A stretch of 63,769 bases of DNA, counting the filler, from Octopus bimaculoides (Eukaryota), in the NCBI RefSeq assembly GCF_001194135.2. It is 4 parts of 4 records of this genome, joined end to end, with 100 filler letters (N's around TTAATTAATTAA, not from the genome) between each part and the next. Parts side by side here need not be neighbours in the genome. Positions count along the whole stretch, not along the records: positions 30,535 to 60,652 come from NC_068981.1; 3 more parts are not named here. One strand, 5' to 3'. The notes below the pieces were generated by a model that did not search any database, had not been told where the DNA came from, and saw nothing but the letters and a program-made list of their open reading frames with translations. Made by a program: the position numbers and the translations under genes. This document shows positions 35,670 through 47,849 of this stretch, piece after piece (position 1 is the first letter of the stretch; every line of letters begins with the position of its first letter).

Positions 35670-36217
35670 TCCTTCTGTTATGGAATACATTCATAAACTC
35701 CAACTCAAAGAATACTGGTGGAATATTTCCATCAAAACTTCTGTCAAATGTAAACGTAACAGACCGGATATTGTTGTTTGGGACAGAGGGGCAAAGATGT
35801 GTACTATCATAGAGGTCAGCTGCCCTGCAGGTATAAATATTTCTTTGAAAATCAAAGAAAAAGAGATTATCTATAGACAACTAATTCGAAACCTCCAGCT
35901 TCAATATCCAGGCTATGAATTCATATTCATTCCAATAATAATGGAGCACTAGGTTTTGTTAGTAAATGCTTAAAGTAGAATCTGGATCAACTGGGATTTT
36001 CAGAAAGAGAAACTGACCGGCTGATTCGTTCATTACAAGTCCATTCTGTGAGTGGAACAGTAAAAATATACAAGCCTTTTCTCAAGTTCCAAATATGAAT
36101 TTGTCTGTGTTAACTACATCTCAAAGAAGGAGCCTTGTATCTATGTTGGAAACCAGCTCCCTCCTCAGTGGAAGATTTATAATAATTAAAAAAATAGAAG
36201 AGACATACATACATACA
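35670..36217 (+). mobile_element. 5'-truncated R4/Dong-like non-LTR retrotransposon (restriction-like endonuclease)
   Basis: NRPDIVVWD...IIEVSCP...KEKE..Y...IPII-(fs)-ALG motif, ORF end TGA 36096-36098, 3'UTR ending in (CATA)n. Confidence 0.8.
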
Positions 36218-36439
36218 AAAATACCCAGTTGATGTTGTTGAAATTCCAATGAAGGAGCTTTGGATCTAGGTTAGAAACCGGCCCTTTCTCTATTGGCAAA
36301 AAATCTTGAAATAAAACTGAATAATGATATACATACATTGATGTTAAAATCTTGTACCCTGGTCAATATCTACAGATATTAGTCAAGGCTGTATGTAATA
36401 AACATATGTATACAGATCTTTTTTTATATACATTATCTT

Positions 36440-36681
36440 TTATCTTTTATTTGCTTCAATCATTAGACTATGTCCATGCTGAGGCACCGCCTTGAAGAAT
36501 TTGTTTTTAGTAGAATGAATCGATCCCAATTTTTTTTTTGTTTTTGTTAAACGTGGTACTTATTCTATCGGATTCTTTGGTGAACATTTAAGTTATGGAA
36601 ATGTAAACACACCAACAGTTGTTGTCAAGCAGTTATGGGGGAGAAACATAGACACAAATACACACAAAACCACACACACAC

Positions 36682-36712
<31 letters not shown>

Positions 36713-36870
36713 CAGGATGGGCTTCTTTCAATTTCCGTCTACCAAATCCACTCACAAGGTTTTAGTTGGACCGAGACTATAGTAGAAGACACTTGCTCAA
36801 GGTGCCATGCAGTGAGACTGAACCGGGAACCATGTGGTTGAGAAGCAAGCTTCTTACCTCCCAGCTACGC
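36440..36870 (-). mobile_element. Full-length SINE family C/B with an internal microsatellite
   Basis: Head at 36870-36715, (CA/CATA)n tract, 3' half at 36640-36440. Confidence 0.8.
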
Positions 36871-38849
36871 CTATATGTTCATGTACAGGAAAAAAAGAAG
36901 TATATGAAGAGGTTTTGCGTCTGTCTGTGAGATGCTAGCAATTTCTTCGTGTTTGAAGTTCACGAAGAATAGCAGCATGCCCTAAAGCATCCGCGTAAAC
37001 CGACCCTTCACCAAGTTCTGGTGGTCTTCCTACTTGGACTTAGTAGTTTTAAAGTGAGGGTCAGTCCGCACAATCCGATACCACTCTTTAGACTTAGAGT
37101 TCTGACCACCGTGGCTCAGCAAGCTAAGTTGGCTGCGGTAGGTTTTACATCGGAGTGGACTTTTCCAAGATGAATTGCCTTGCAGAATTGAAGAGCTCCA
37201 CCAGCCTTAGCTTTGCCGCCGAGGTGCTACTACTCTGGGTCAAAGAAAACCTAGGAACAATAGAGGCTAAGAGGTAGTTCCACTTTTCTCAAAGCTTTGA
37301 AACTCCCGAACAAGGGCCTCACTACCAGAAACCGAGACTTGAATGTTATATTAATGCAGTGTTGACTAAAATCCATAAATATGCAACGTATGAAATAAAA
37401 CATTATTGATGTACTAATAATTTAAATAGTTAATATATAAATTATAACGAAAGATCTTTGATCTTAGGTTTAGCAATCTGCTCGTTGTCTATTGGTAGGA
37501 AATTTAAAAAATCAAACGGGAGGAACACGCTTGCACGCAAGCGTGCATACATATCTATATGCATGCATACAAACATACATACATACATACATACACGCAC
37601 ATTCATGCATGCATATATGCATACTTATATATATATGCATGCATACATTCAAACATGCGTACATGCATATATTCATGCATTCATTTATCCATACATACTC
37701 TCATATATACATATACACATACATACCATGCATAATGCCATAATACATACAAGCGTGTATACATGCATACATACACACATACATGTATACATACATCCAT
37801 TTTACATACAAGTATCCCTCCATCGACCCATCCATCCATCAATACATACATCCATCAATACATACATACATACATCGACCTAAACAAAATCCTTAAGAAG
37901 ACTGAAATGAAACTACCACTACTACACAGAAACGCGGAAGCATGTTTATAAAGAAATAAAAGTGAATGAAAAATACAAATAACCCAAAGACACAACTCAC
38001 AGCAAGATTTAAGCAGAACTCTTACATCGACAAATTACAACATGAAAGAATGATTATGGCAGTAATCGATAGAAAACATATTCACTTAATGTTAATCGTG
38101 ATCGATCAAGTTGCTAAAGAACGAACACCTTGCATAAACTGAAGCTCCTTTTTTGGACATTGAATATCGTATTGTTATATGTTGTAGTTACCATCCACCA
38201 ACAGATAGGAGTCACAGGGATCGATCGAAATAAGAACACGCAACGAAAATATATACTGTTTCTTCTCTAAAAATCATCGATACACACAGAAAAGAATATT
38301 GGCCAATTGAATACTATCATCAGATGTAAAATGAATAATGAATTCACGAACCACAAGCTGCGACGTTTTGATTTGCTTTCTAAAATCCACGAGACATGCC
38401 GACAAAGATAGTAACGGAAGCTAACTAAACGCTCTTAAGACAAAGTATGTTGTATGTCGAAAGCTTTGTCATCGTTAGAAATTGCAAGATCGCAGGACTG
38501 TCAATCACAAGTTTGCATAAAACCTACAAGGTGTACATCGAAATATCAAAAGTCATACTATCAAGGTTATAAATGCCCCTCCTCAGAACGATGTTGAATT
38601 ATTCTTGCAGAGGGAATTTAGAATGTAAATAAATTGTACAACAGGGATGTTATAAGGTTAAATGAGCTAATGAGTGAGTATTATGTAAATATCTCCCCTA
38701 AAACCTATACGATAACCAGTGAAACTCTCCTTACAGTTGTTTCGAAATATCAATGGAAAATTAAAATTACCTGAAAGAGATCTGGTAGTTGGTTTATTGG
38801 CGTAAGATCACGTTCTACAGGGAAGCTGTCGTTAATATGTCACAGAAAG

Positions 38850-39480
38850 AAAAAAAACCCCACACAAATGGTCTCTGAACTCGATGTGCCAAACTGGTTG
38901 AGAGTTGCACAGACAACATTCCTACTTAAGAGTCAGGAGACATGTTTGGATAAAAATATAAGCCCACAGCATGCTTATATGTTGTATATAAACTCTACAC
39001 AGTTTGCTCGAGTGGGTTTCTTCAAGATAATTGCTGAATAGACAACATGATGACTGATGAGTAAGTAGGAAGAAAGTCTGTTGTCTGATGTAATGCTGAA
39101 TAGCTCCCCATCAAAACAAAAGACCTTCCTTATGAGAAAGAAGCAACTTCTCGAAGTTTTCTAACTATATGACTCCACAATAAGGTTTTCCACACTGTCT
39201 CTCGCTCATGAATTCTAGACCCACAACACTTTGCTGAGGTTCCATTTGCTACAGTCAAGGCCATTAAAATCCTAACAACAAACATGGTACACACATCAAT
39301 GAAAATTGAAGCTACTACCATAGTCACAAACAGAATTAATTTATCGACAGGAATATCCAGAGTCATAATTTGTTAGCAATGTTGTTTCTCCTACAAGTGA
39401 ACTCCTTGTTAATCTTGCTGAGAAAATGCAAAGGCTGCATGTTAAGAGTTGCAAAAGAGAGAAAAATCAATGTCAGCAAC
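38850..39480 (+). pseudogene. Highly degraded hAT (Charlie-like) transposase relic
   Basis: Remnants KLVESCTDNIPT (compare C.GICTDGA.AM) and TVKAIKIL (C-terminal dimerisation region). Weak. Confidence 0.35.
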
Positions 39481-39501
39481 ACCTTGTCGATGACACTAAA
39501 C

Positions 39502-39750
39502 CAATGCTTCTCAACCATTTTAAACTTGTGGACCCCTTTGATTCCTATTTTACTCAAATAGACCCTCATAGACATTTGGTGTTTAAAAAAATCACATATT
39601 ATTATAATTAAATATTATTGGGAATTGTACAAATAGTTAAAACATTTTGTGTATTGTAGAAGTATAGCCAACTTATTGCAGTTAAATTTTAACAACAAAA
39701 TCTTATATGGACCTCCAAAGACCATATTGATCCCTAGTTGAGAACCACTG
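39502..39750. mobile_element. hAT Charlie-type MITE
   Basis: Ends caatgcttctcaac / gttgagaaccactg. Degenerate TSD cactaaac/cattaagg. Confidence 0.65.
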
Positions 39751-40897
39751 CATTAAGGCAATACTGACGTCACCAAGAAGGAACTAGAGCTGATCACAAC
39801 TTCCTCGGGGATATAGCAGTGGAGGGTTCATATTTTGTAGTCAATAAAGGGCACATTGTCGGCCTGTCTATATACGGTTTCCAGTGATGAATGTCTCAGA
39901 ATTGACGAATATATTGCATATGTTGCTGCTGTGAATAATGATTGATGAATAAAGGAATATTTCAGCAGGCTTTGAAAGTTATGAGTAGAGCTGTTCGTAT
40001 TCAAGAAGATCATATCCCATAGCTATTTCAGGGATTCTCTATTTGAGGTTTCCTGAGTGAACATATGCATACAACCACATATACTTATGAAATACATATA
40101 CAATACGCACACACTTAAAAAAAACAGTAATGAAACATACACACGCATGTTCTGTTGTGATACGCGCTTCCACAAGTGCAATTTATCAACGCGCACACGC
40201 ATGCACACACATATATACATCAGCCAATTTAGGTAATCCGAAACGTCAAGACTTAAATCGAGTCTTCACTTAATCAAAAGAACCTTGTCACTTTGTTAGT
40301 GACCGACTTGAATTCTGCAAAGAAAAATAAGTTAAAGTGCATCTCATAGAAAGCATACACTCATAGCTTGTTAATGTTGTCATTATGTATTACGTAGTAT
40401 ATCTATATATTATAGCCATCGCTGTTTGTTATAAACTGATATAAATAGCTTGTCTTCATATATAGTATCTTCAGGCACACAAAAAACTAAAAAAACATTA
40501 TGCTTGAAGCCACGGTGTTTTCATTTGTCTGTAACATAATGTTCGTTAAAATGAATAAATATTCGGCAAAACAAAACACCATTAACGCACCAATGATTTA
40601 TAAGATGTTATTTAAATTCCAATGAAGTATCTTTATTTTTGAATTAGAAACTTGCTTTTCTTTGTTGGTGAGAAATTTGAAAAATAAAATNNNNNNNNNN
40701 NNNNNNNNNNNNNNNNNNNNNNNNNNNNNNNNNNNNNNNNNNNNNNNNNNNNNNNNNNNNNNNNNNNNNNNNNNNNNNNNNNNNNNNNNNNNNNNNNNNN
40801 NNNNNNNNNNNNNNNNNNNNNNNNNNNNNNNNNNNNNNNNNNNNNNNNNNNNNNNNNNNNNNNNNNNNNATATATATATATATATATATATATATAT

Positions 40898-41330
40898 ACT
40901 AGGTTGTCACACGAAATGTCGCATTTTTTATTACTTGTTATTTCCGTCATTTAAAAACTCAATTATGTATAACCTTGCATTTAATCTTGACTCTTTTTCT
41001 TTCCAAACAATATTGGCATGCAAAATTCGTACTCATAGATAGGCCTTATGAAAATGATAACAACTAAACTATGTTGAGTGATTTTCTTGTGTGAGTACAA
41101 ACTGGGTCACTCTGCTGCAGGAGCTCTACGGAATATCAAACAGACCTTTGGTAATGGTTTTGGTGACATCAGAACTGTTCAGAGATGGTTCCAAAGATCT
41201 CGTTCAGGAGATGATAGCTTTGAAAATGAACCAAAGGGGAGGCTAAAATCAGTTACTCGGCATGATGAATTAAATGCTTTGGTTGAACAAAATCCGAGAA
41301 CAACGGTCCGAAAACTTAAAAGTTTCTTGG
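40898..41330 (+). mobile_element. mariner 5' end with transposase N-terminal HTH relic
   Basis: IFLCEYKLGHSAAGALRNIKQTFG...RTVQRWFQRSRSGDDSFENEP.GR is the mariner HTH region. Truncated by the following LINE. Confidence 0.8.
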
Positions 41331-41384
41331 ATTATGACAAACATCCAATCATTTTGAGGTTTACTGAGAGATTCCATATCTGCC

Positions 41385-42010
41385 TCTGTTATGGTCGAGA
41401 ATGTCGAAGTTGTTGACCGCTTCACTTACCTTTGTAGTGTGATCCTTAGAAGCATTAGCTGTGACTCTGATGTCTTAGAAAGACTTGGATGTGCCCTGCA
41501 GTTGTGGTCTTACCAGATAAAGGTACCGTTATCTGAGCAGGAGGGCATAGGTTCGGGCCTTCAGGTCGCTGGTCCTCCCTGCTTTATTCTATAACTATGG
41601 AACTTGTACACTCACCGGGGCTCTTAAGAGCCGCCTGATTCCAGGACGTTTCGCGAGATTGTGGCTTACCACTGGTCGGATTTCGTATCTAACGACTACA
41701 CTCAGAAACTGGAATGCGTCCTATTACTTGTTTCTTGCATAATTTAGGAGCGTCGGCTCAAACTGCTTGGTCGTGTTGCTTGATTTTCCCGAGTTGAATC
41801 CTGCATATCGTGTTCTCTTCTCTGGAGTGACGGCTTGTGTTGGTCGGCCACATGTCATATGGTCACGGTGGATGAAGGAATGTCTAATAAAGATGGTGAC
41901 TGACTGGGACACTGCTCGGAGGTTTGCCCGGGACGACCCGAGCAAATACCGACAAATGGTGGATGCAGCGATGCGCTGCAACATCGCATGCGCCCATACC
42001 TGACCTGATC
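41385..42010 (+). mobile_element. 5'-truncated RTE-like LINE 3' fragment
   Basis: VEVVDRFTYL.SVI motif, then ...GRP...W...ARDDPSKYRQMVDAA, ending in a tgacctga tail. Confidence 0.75.
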
Positions 42011-42229
42011 ATATTTTTAATTTTTGACCGTATTATATCCCCCAGCCGTTTTATGTAATTCAAGTATTAAGTTGTATTCATTTACAATGTGATATTATCC
42101 TGAAGTCTGCCTTGATGTGATCGCTTAAACATTAGTAATAGCAACATTACCAATGGTATCAAATAAATAAATTGCATTTATTAAGTTATTCTTTTAACTG
42201 GATAAATGAACAACTAAATTCTCTTATTG

Positions 42230-44198
42230 CTTGCTTGCTTGCTTGCTTGTTTATCTGTCATTTAATACAGCCAAACCGGCGCATAACGGGAAAATACTCC
42301 GAAATGAAAGTACCCCTGAAATGTGAGTACAAATGGAATAAAACAAGTTTCACGTAAAACAGACCACGGGTTCCTGAGATCCCCGTTTTTTAGAGGTTTG
42401 TTTCCACAAATTTAAGTCGTAAAACCTGGAGTTATTGGCCTTTATTGTAAAAGCCGGATAGTTTTTTTGGCATAACCACAAATGTGTATCCCATTGACTT
42501 TGTTGTTTCATAACTTCCAGAAAAATGGATACTTTTTAACGAAATGTTCGACAAATACCGCTCAGATACTGTGGATTCAGAGTATATAGGGATTTATGGG
42601 AACGAACTTTTCTGAGGGGGTGGGGAGAGGAGTTTCGGAAAATTCACACGATCCGACTTCTTTTCCTCATAACTTTCAGGAAAATGGATTTCTTTTAATG
42701 AAATTTAATACAAATGCCTTTCAAACAGCATAGAAATTTGCGGGGAAAATAATTTTTCCGAGTAGGTGGCGAGAGGAGTAGTTTTGGATCAAGAAGACCA
42801 AATAAGTTGGAACTACTCCATTTTGACGGGGATTTTCCTCATTTTTTATTTCACCACAGCCTTCGAAATGNNNNNNNNNNNNNNNNNNNNNNNNNNNNNN
42901 NNNNNNNNNNNNNNNNNNNNNNNNNNNNNNNNNNNNNNNNNNNNNNNNNNNNNNNNNNNNNNNNNNNNNNNNNNNNNNNNNNNNNNNNNNNNNNNNNNNN
43001 NNNNNNNNNNNNNNNNNNNNNNNNNNNNNNNNNNNNNNNNNNNNNNNNNNNNNNNNNNNNNNNNNNNNNNNNNNNNNNNNNNNNNNNNNNNNNNNNNNNN
43101 NNNNNNNNNNNNNNNNNNNNNNAACAGCCAAATCTCCCTTAAATCACTCACTTTTTCCTCTGAAAATATTAACAATTTTTGAAATATTTCTTTTACCGAA
43201 AAGGCTTCTTCCATGATTTTGAAGTGCAAAAAATATTGGTCAAAATCAGTCCACATCATTGCGAAGGTTATGGTTCTTAAAAAAAGGGGGGTGGGAAACG
43301 TTGTCAAAACGGAGTAATTTCAACTTATTTGGTCTTTCTGATCCGAAACTCCATTTTTCGAAACTCATCTCCCCACCTCCTCAGAAAAAATTTCCCCCAC
43401 AAATTTCTTTATAATCGTAATCTATGCCGTTTGAAAGGTATTCGTATAAAATTTTATTAAAGGAAATCCCTTTTCCTGAAAGTTATGAGGGTAAGAAGTT
43501 AGACTGTATTAATTTTCCGAAATTTCTCTCTCTAACACCGCGAAAAAATTCTTTCCCATAAATCCCTATATAGTCTGAATCCACAGTATCTGAACAGTAT
43601 TTGTTGGACATTTCGTTAAAAAGTATCCATTTTTCTAGAAGTTATGAGGCAACAAAGTCGGTGGTGGGATACACATCTGTAGTTATGCCGGCGCATAATG
43701 GGAACATACTCTGAAAGTAAGGTACCCCTGAAATGTGAATATAAACGGAATAAAACAAGTTTCGCGTAAATCGGATCACGGATTCCCGAGATGCGCGGTT
43801 TTTTTTGGGTACCTTCATAAATAGCCAAAACCGTGCATAATGGGAAAATACTCTGAAAGTAATATAACCCTGAAATGGGAGACTTGTTTCCATTAATTTT
43901 ATGCTTACGTTATATAACAAATCCTTTTGCATTTTTGTAGAAGTGTGCACATATATCATGAATAAATGCTGTTACTGGAGTTCAAGTTTATCCTGGAAGT
44001 TCTATTTCTTTTAGATGCTGTAGATAATCAATTAAACCTTAAACATGAACTTGTAAACCAGACTTATGATGACACGAACGAATTGAAATAGTTAACTGAA
44101 TCATAAAATTAACTTTCATTTCAAGGCAATGTTGAAATCAGCTTCAATGTTTTATAACTTGAACCGTCAGTGACCCAACGGGTCACGGGTAGTCTAGT
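42230..44198 (+). mobile_element. Helitron-like element with an internal foldback
   Basis: 3' hairpin gtgaccc-aac-gggtcac (44170-44186) followed by CTAG|T (44194-44198). Internal inverted arms and direct repeats. The 5' boundary is uncertain. Confidence 0.55.
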
Positions 44199-44779
44199 AA
44201 TAGTATAAAATCTTTCAATTCCATTCACATAAACTTACATTTTTCTTTGCCAAAAACACTCATTTTTGTGAGACTACAATAATACTTAATGTGTACCTAT
44301 TTCTAGTTTCTTGTGGTTTGGATTTTTTTTTCGTTATATTTTTACTTCTAATTCCAAACTGAGTAGCGCAAGTGAAAACAAAACAAACAAAAAAACATGC
44401 GGCAATATTAAAGTAAAGTGAGAAGAAATCTGTTGCTTTGTCAATTTTAAAGATAAATGTTTGTCTGTTGTAGAAAAATTATTGTTGCAGTATCGCCCCC
44501 ATCAAAGAAAAAAAAAAGAAAAATAAGAAAGAAAAAAAATGGCAAGCCACGTCGAACGTAATTTCCCGTCTAATCACACACATCTTTTACCAATAACTAC
44601 CCACTTAAATCAGAAATAAAATGCCCGAAAATAAATCAACGTAAATGAAGTCTATCTATCCTGCAGTTGGTTTTTACTAGAAACGTGGTTAAGCTTAAAA
44701 ATGTGACCATTGCTGTTTTTCAAAATTTCTTAAGAAAAGAAAAGAAAAGAAAAATTCCACGATGGTGAGTTGTTAGAAG

Positions 44780-45450
44780 AAGCATTTCTGTGCAGTAATG
44801 ACAGCTTATTTAACGGATTTTCTAACTCACAAGATTATGTCAGTATTACACGACTTACAGTTATCTGACTATTGCAAGAATATATGCAATTTCAGCTGAT
44901 ATGCAAATTCAGCTAAAAAGAAAATGACTTGGTGGTATGTGACTGATTCTCACTTGTGTTTGACGAGTCAACAAATCTATCAGACACCGATAATTGTTAT
45001 GGTAAGAATGGTAGTTAGTGCCTTCACTACAAAAGAGTCACTGAAGTTATTGTTCATGAAAGAGTAAAAATCAGGTGAAGATATTTACAATTGTCACACT
45101 ACATGCAACATCGATTGATAAACTTCTACACAAGCTATATCGGATCACACACAATTGATGGGCCACCAGCAATGGCTGGTAGTATAAAAAAATGTACTGC
45201 CTTTTGAGAAAACTATGAATTCGTTCATATTTTTGCCTGAACATAGTAACATTGTTATAAAACTAATCTTCTTTGCAACATCAGCTTTTCAAACCCTGAC
45301 GAGAAGACACTAAAGAAAAATAACCTGATCTCGGCACATATAGAAATACGATGGCCCAGTAAAGGTAAAATTCTTATAAAATCCAAAATCACAACTATTG
45401 ATAAACCATGTAGCTTTTGTTGGATTTGAGCTTTCTTACACACATCACAA
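44780..45450 (+). pseudogene. hAT (SPIN/GTF2IRD2-like) transposase relic
   Basis: Remnants FDESTNLSDT, MVRMVVSAFTTKE, SGEDIYN and TIDGPPAMAG in the expected order. Confidence 0.7.
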
Positions 45451-45904
45451 GTAAATTGAATTCCTTCAATTTGGAGCTCTGGTGAAGAATAAGTATGAAG
45501 CTTTAATGATGAGCTTACAAAATAATTGAAAGCAAAACTAGATTTGTGAAGATGATATCTGATAATGATTTATATGAGCAAAATGATATGCGATAATGAA
45601 TCAGTGACAGTCTGAAATGCTTATTTGAAAGTTTACCTATCTTGGAGCTGATGATCACCAATTTTATAGATATGCCATACTTCACTTGTGCGCATCGTAA
45701 AAAAGCCAGAGCTGCAGTGTTCGTCCGGAAAAAAGATGGGACGAACACTGGACCGGCTTAAGTATGTTATATAAATAAAGATCTTAATCTAGAGCTGCTT
45801 CTGTTGCATAATTTGAGTCACATTTTTGTTTCATAAATCCTTTTGCATGTAACAGATGTAGTTGCATCGACTAGAAAACCTTACTCAAATAACCCTTTCT
45901 ACTA

Positions 45905-46178
45905 AAAGCACAAGGCCTGAAATATGGGGGAGGGGACTAGTCGATTACATCGACCTCAGTTTTTCACTGGTACTTAATTTATCGACCCGAAAGGATCAAA
46001 AGCAAAGTCGACCTCGGAGGAATTTGAACTCAGAACGTAACGACAGGCGAAATACCTTATCGACCCAAAAGGATGAAAGGCAAAGTCGACCTCGGAGGAA
46101 TTTGAACTCAGAACGTAACGACGGGCGAAATACCGCTAAGCACTTCGTCCAGCGTGCTAACGATTCTGCCGGCTCGCC
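45905..46178 (-). mobile_element. SINE family A with an internal ~79-bp tandem duplication
   Basis: atcgaccc..aaagtcgacctcggaggaatttgaactcagaacgtaacgac occurs twice (about 45980 and 46060). Confidence 0.85.
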
Positions 46179-46308
46179 GCCTTACAAACCTCACTTAAAT
46201 AATAACAACTCATGATCTGGAACCAAACTTGTGGATCTTAAAAATAACATTGTACTAAGATTTGCATATAACTTGGTTGTTTGAAAAAAGGATTTTTATT
46301 CCTAAATA

Positions 46309-46467
46309 GGCGCATGCGTGGCTGCGTAGCAGTGGGGTAAGAAGTTTATATCCCACCCACATTGTTTTGTGTTCAGTCCTATCGCGTAACAACTTGGGCA
46401 AGTATCTTCTACTATAACTTCGAACCAGCCAAAGCCCGAGTAAGTGGAAACTGAAAGAAACCTGTCG

Positions 46468-46501
<34 letters not shown>

Positions 46502-46731
46502 TGCGTGCGCATGTGTCTAACCTCCGCTTGACAATTGATGTTGATTTATTTATGTCCCCGTAACTTTTGCCGGTTCGGCAAAAGATACCGATAGAATAAG
46601 TTCCAGGCTTAAACAAAAAAACAAAAGCAAAAAAAAAACAAAATCAAAAACAATACTGGAGTTGATTCGTTCGACTAAAATTCTCCAAGGTGGAGAATGA
46701 CTGAAACAAATAAAAGACAAAAGATAAAGAT
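46309..46731 (+). mobile_element. Full-length SINE family C/B with an internal (TA)(GA)(GC) tract
   Basis: tRNA-like head, microsatellite, 3' half, (aaagata) tail. Confidence 0.8.
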
Positions 46732-47127
46732 AAATGGTGCAGCTTAGAAAATAAAACATTTGGAGACGGCACCATCTCAGAAGATATGCGAACCCATAAC
46801 TCGATCACTGGGTCTTGATCCATTAGATTTTTATCCACGGAGAGCAGCAAAATGCACCGTGTATCGACAGAGCTCGCGCAGCGCCTAATAACTTGAAAAT
46901 AGCAATAGACACGTACACAGGGATCGTTTTGTATAAAGATTTAATAACAGCCTGGAGAAATAAAACAAGACGCTCCAAACCCCTATTGATGATAATGGAC
47001 ATCCCTTTCGACATCTTTCATAGGTTTCCTCCGCGCCCACAATCTTTCTCCCCCCCTCTCTCTCCCACCCACTCTCTCTCGATCTCTATCCTCGTATTTC
47101 CTAATGTGAGTTTCTAAACACCCGCAC

Positions 47128-47159
<32 letters not shown>

Positions 47160-47849
47160 GCTTCTTTGTCTCTCTCCATTGCAGCTGGAACAAGGAAGAC
47201 GTGTTCTTGTCTGTCTCCTGTCCAAGCTTGATTTACGCGTTCGCCACCACAACCTCGTTTAGGCTTAGCAGCCTTTCCTGTTTGTTTTCACTGTCCTGTT
47301 TGTGTTACCAATTTTGACCCTCCTCAAAATCCCAAATTTTATTTAATTTGCTTTGCGGGAGCAACTGTTTTATCGAAAGCGTATATTGTTGTTAAATGCT
47401 CGAAATACGAGAGTAGAAAAACAGCCAACAACTGATGAGGGGTCGTTCTTTATGTTGTCTGTTTTGTTGATCCAAGTATGATCCAACTGTGAAAGGTGGG
47501 GGCCCAATCGCCGCGAGAACCGTCACCAGATACCGATGGTCGACCCTATTTAGCTTGGTCTAAATGGACCAGTGCTCCACCCTTGCCAGGTACCCTATGA
47601 ACCCGCTCTAAAGTATAACGTATAAGATGGAGATTGTCGTTTATGGACCGGCCGGGGATGGCACAAATTTGCGCCTCCCCGACGAGTCCACCCACGACCC
47701 GTGCAAATCATTTTGCTACTACTTTCGCCAAAATTTTCAACTCTGTGTTAAGCAGAGTGATGTGCCGAAAGTTATTTACTAGATCCCCTTTGTCTGGGTC
47801 CTTTCTTAGCAGCATCATGTTTTAGGCTTCTAAAAATTTAGGAAATTTT

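Noticed and set aside
47400-47445. Permuted GAAA...CTGATGA motifs (also minus strand at about 57550-57595)
   Set aside because: Stems I and III and a UH triplet cannot be formed. Probably Penelope-type repeat remnants, but not callable as ribozymes.
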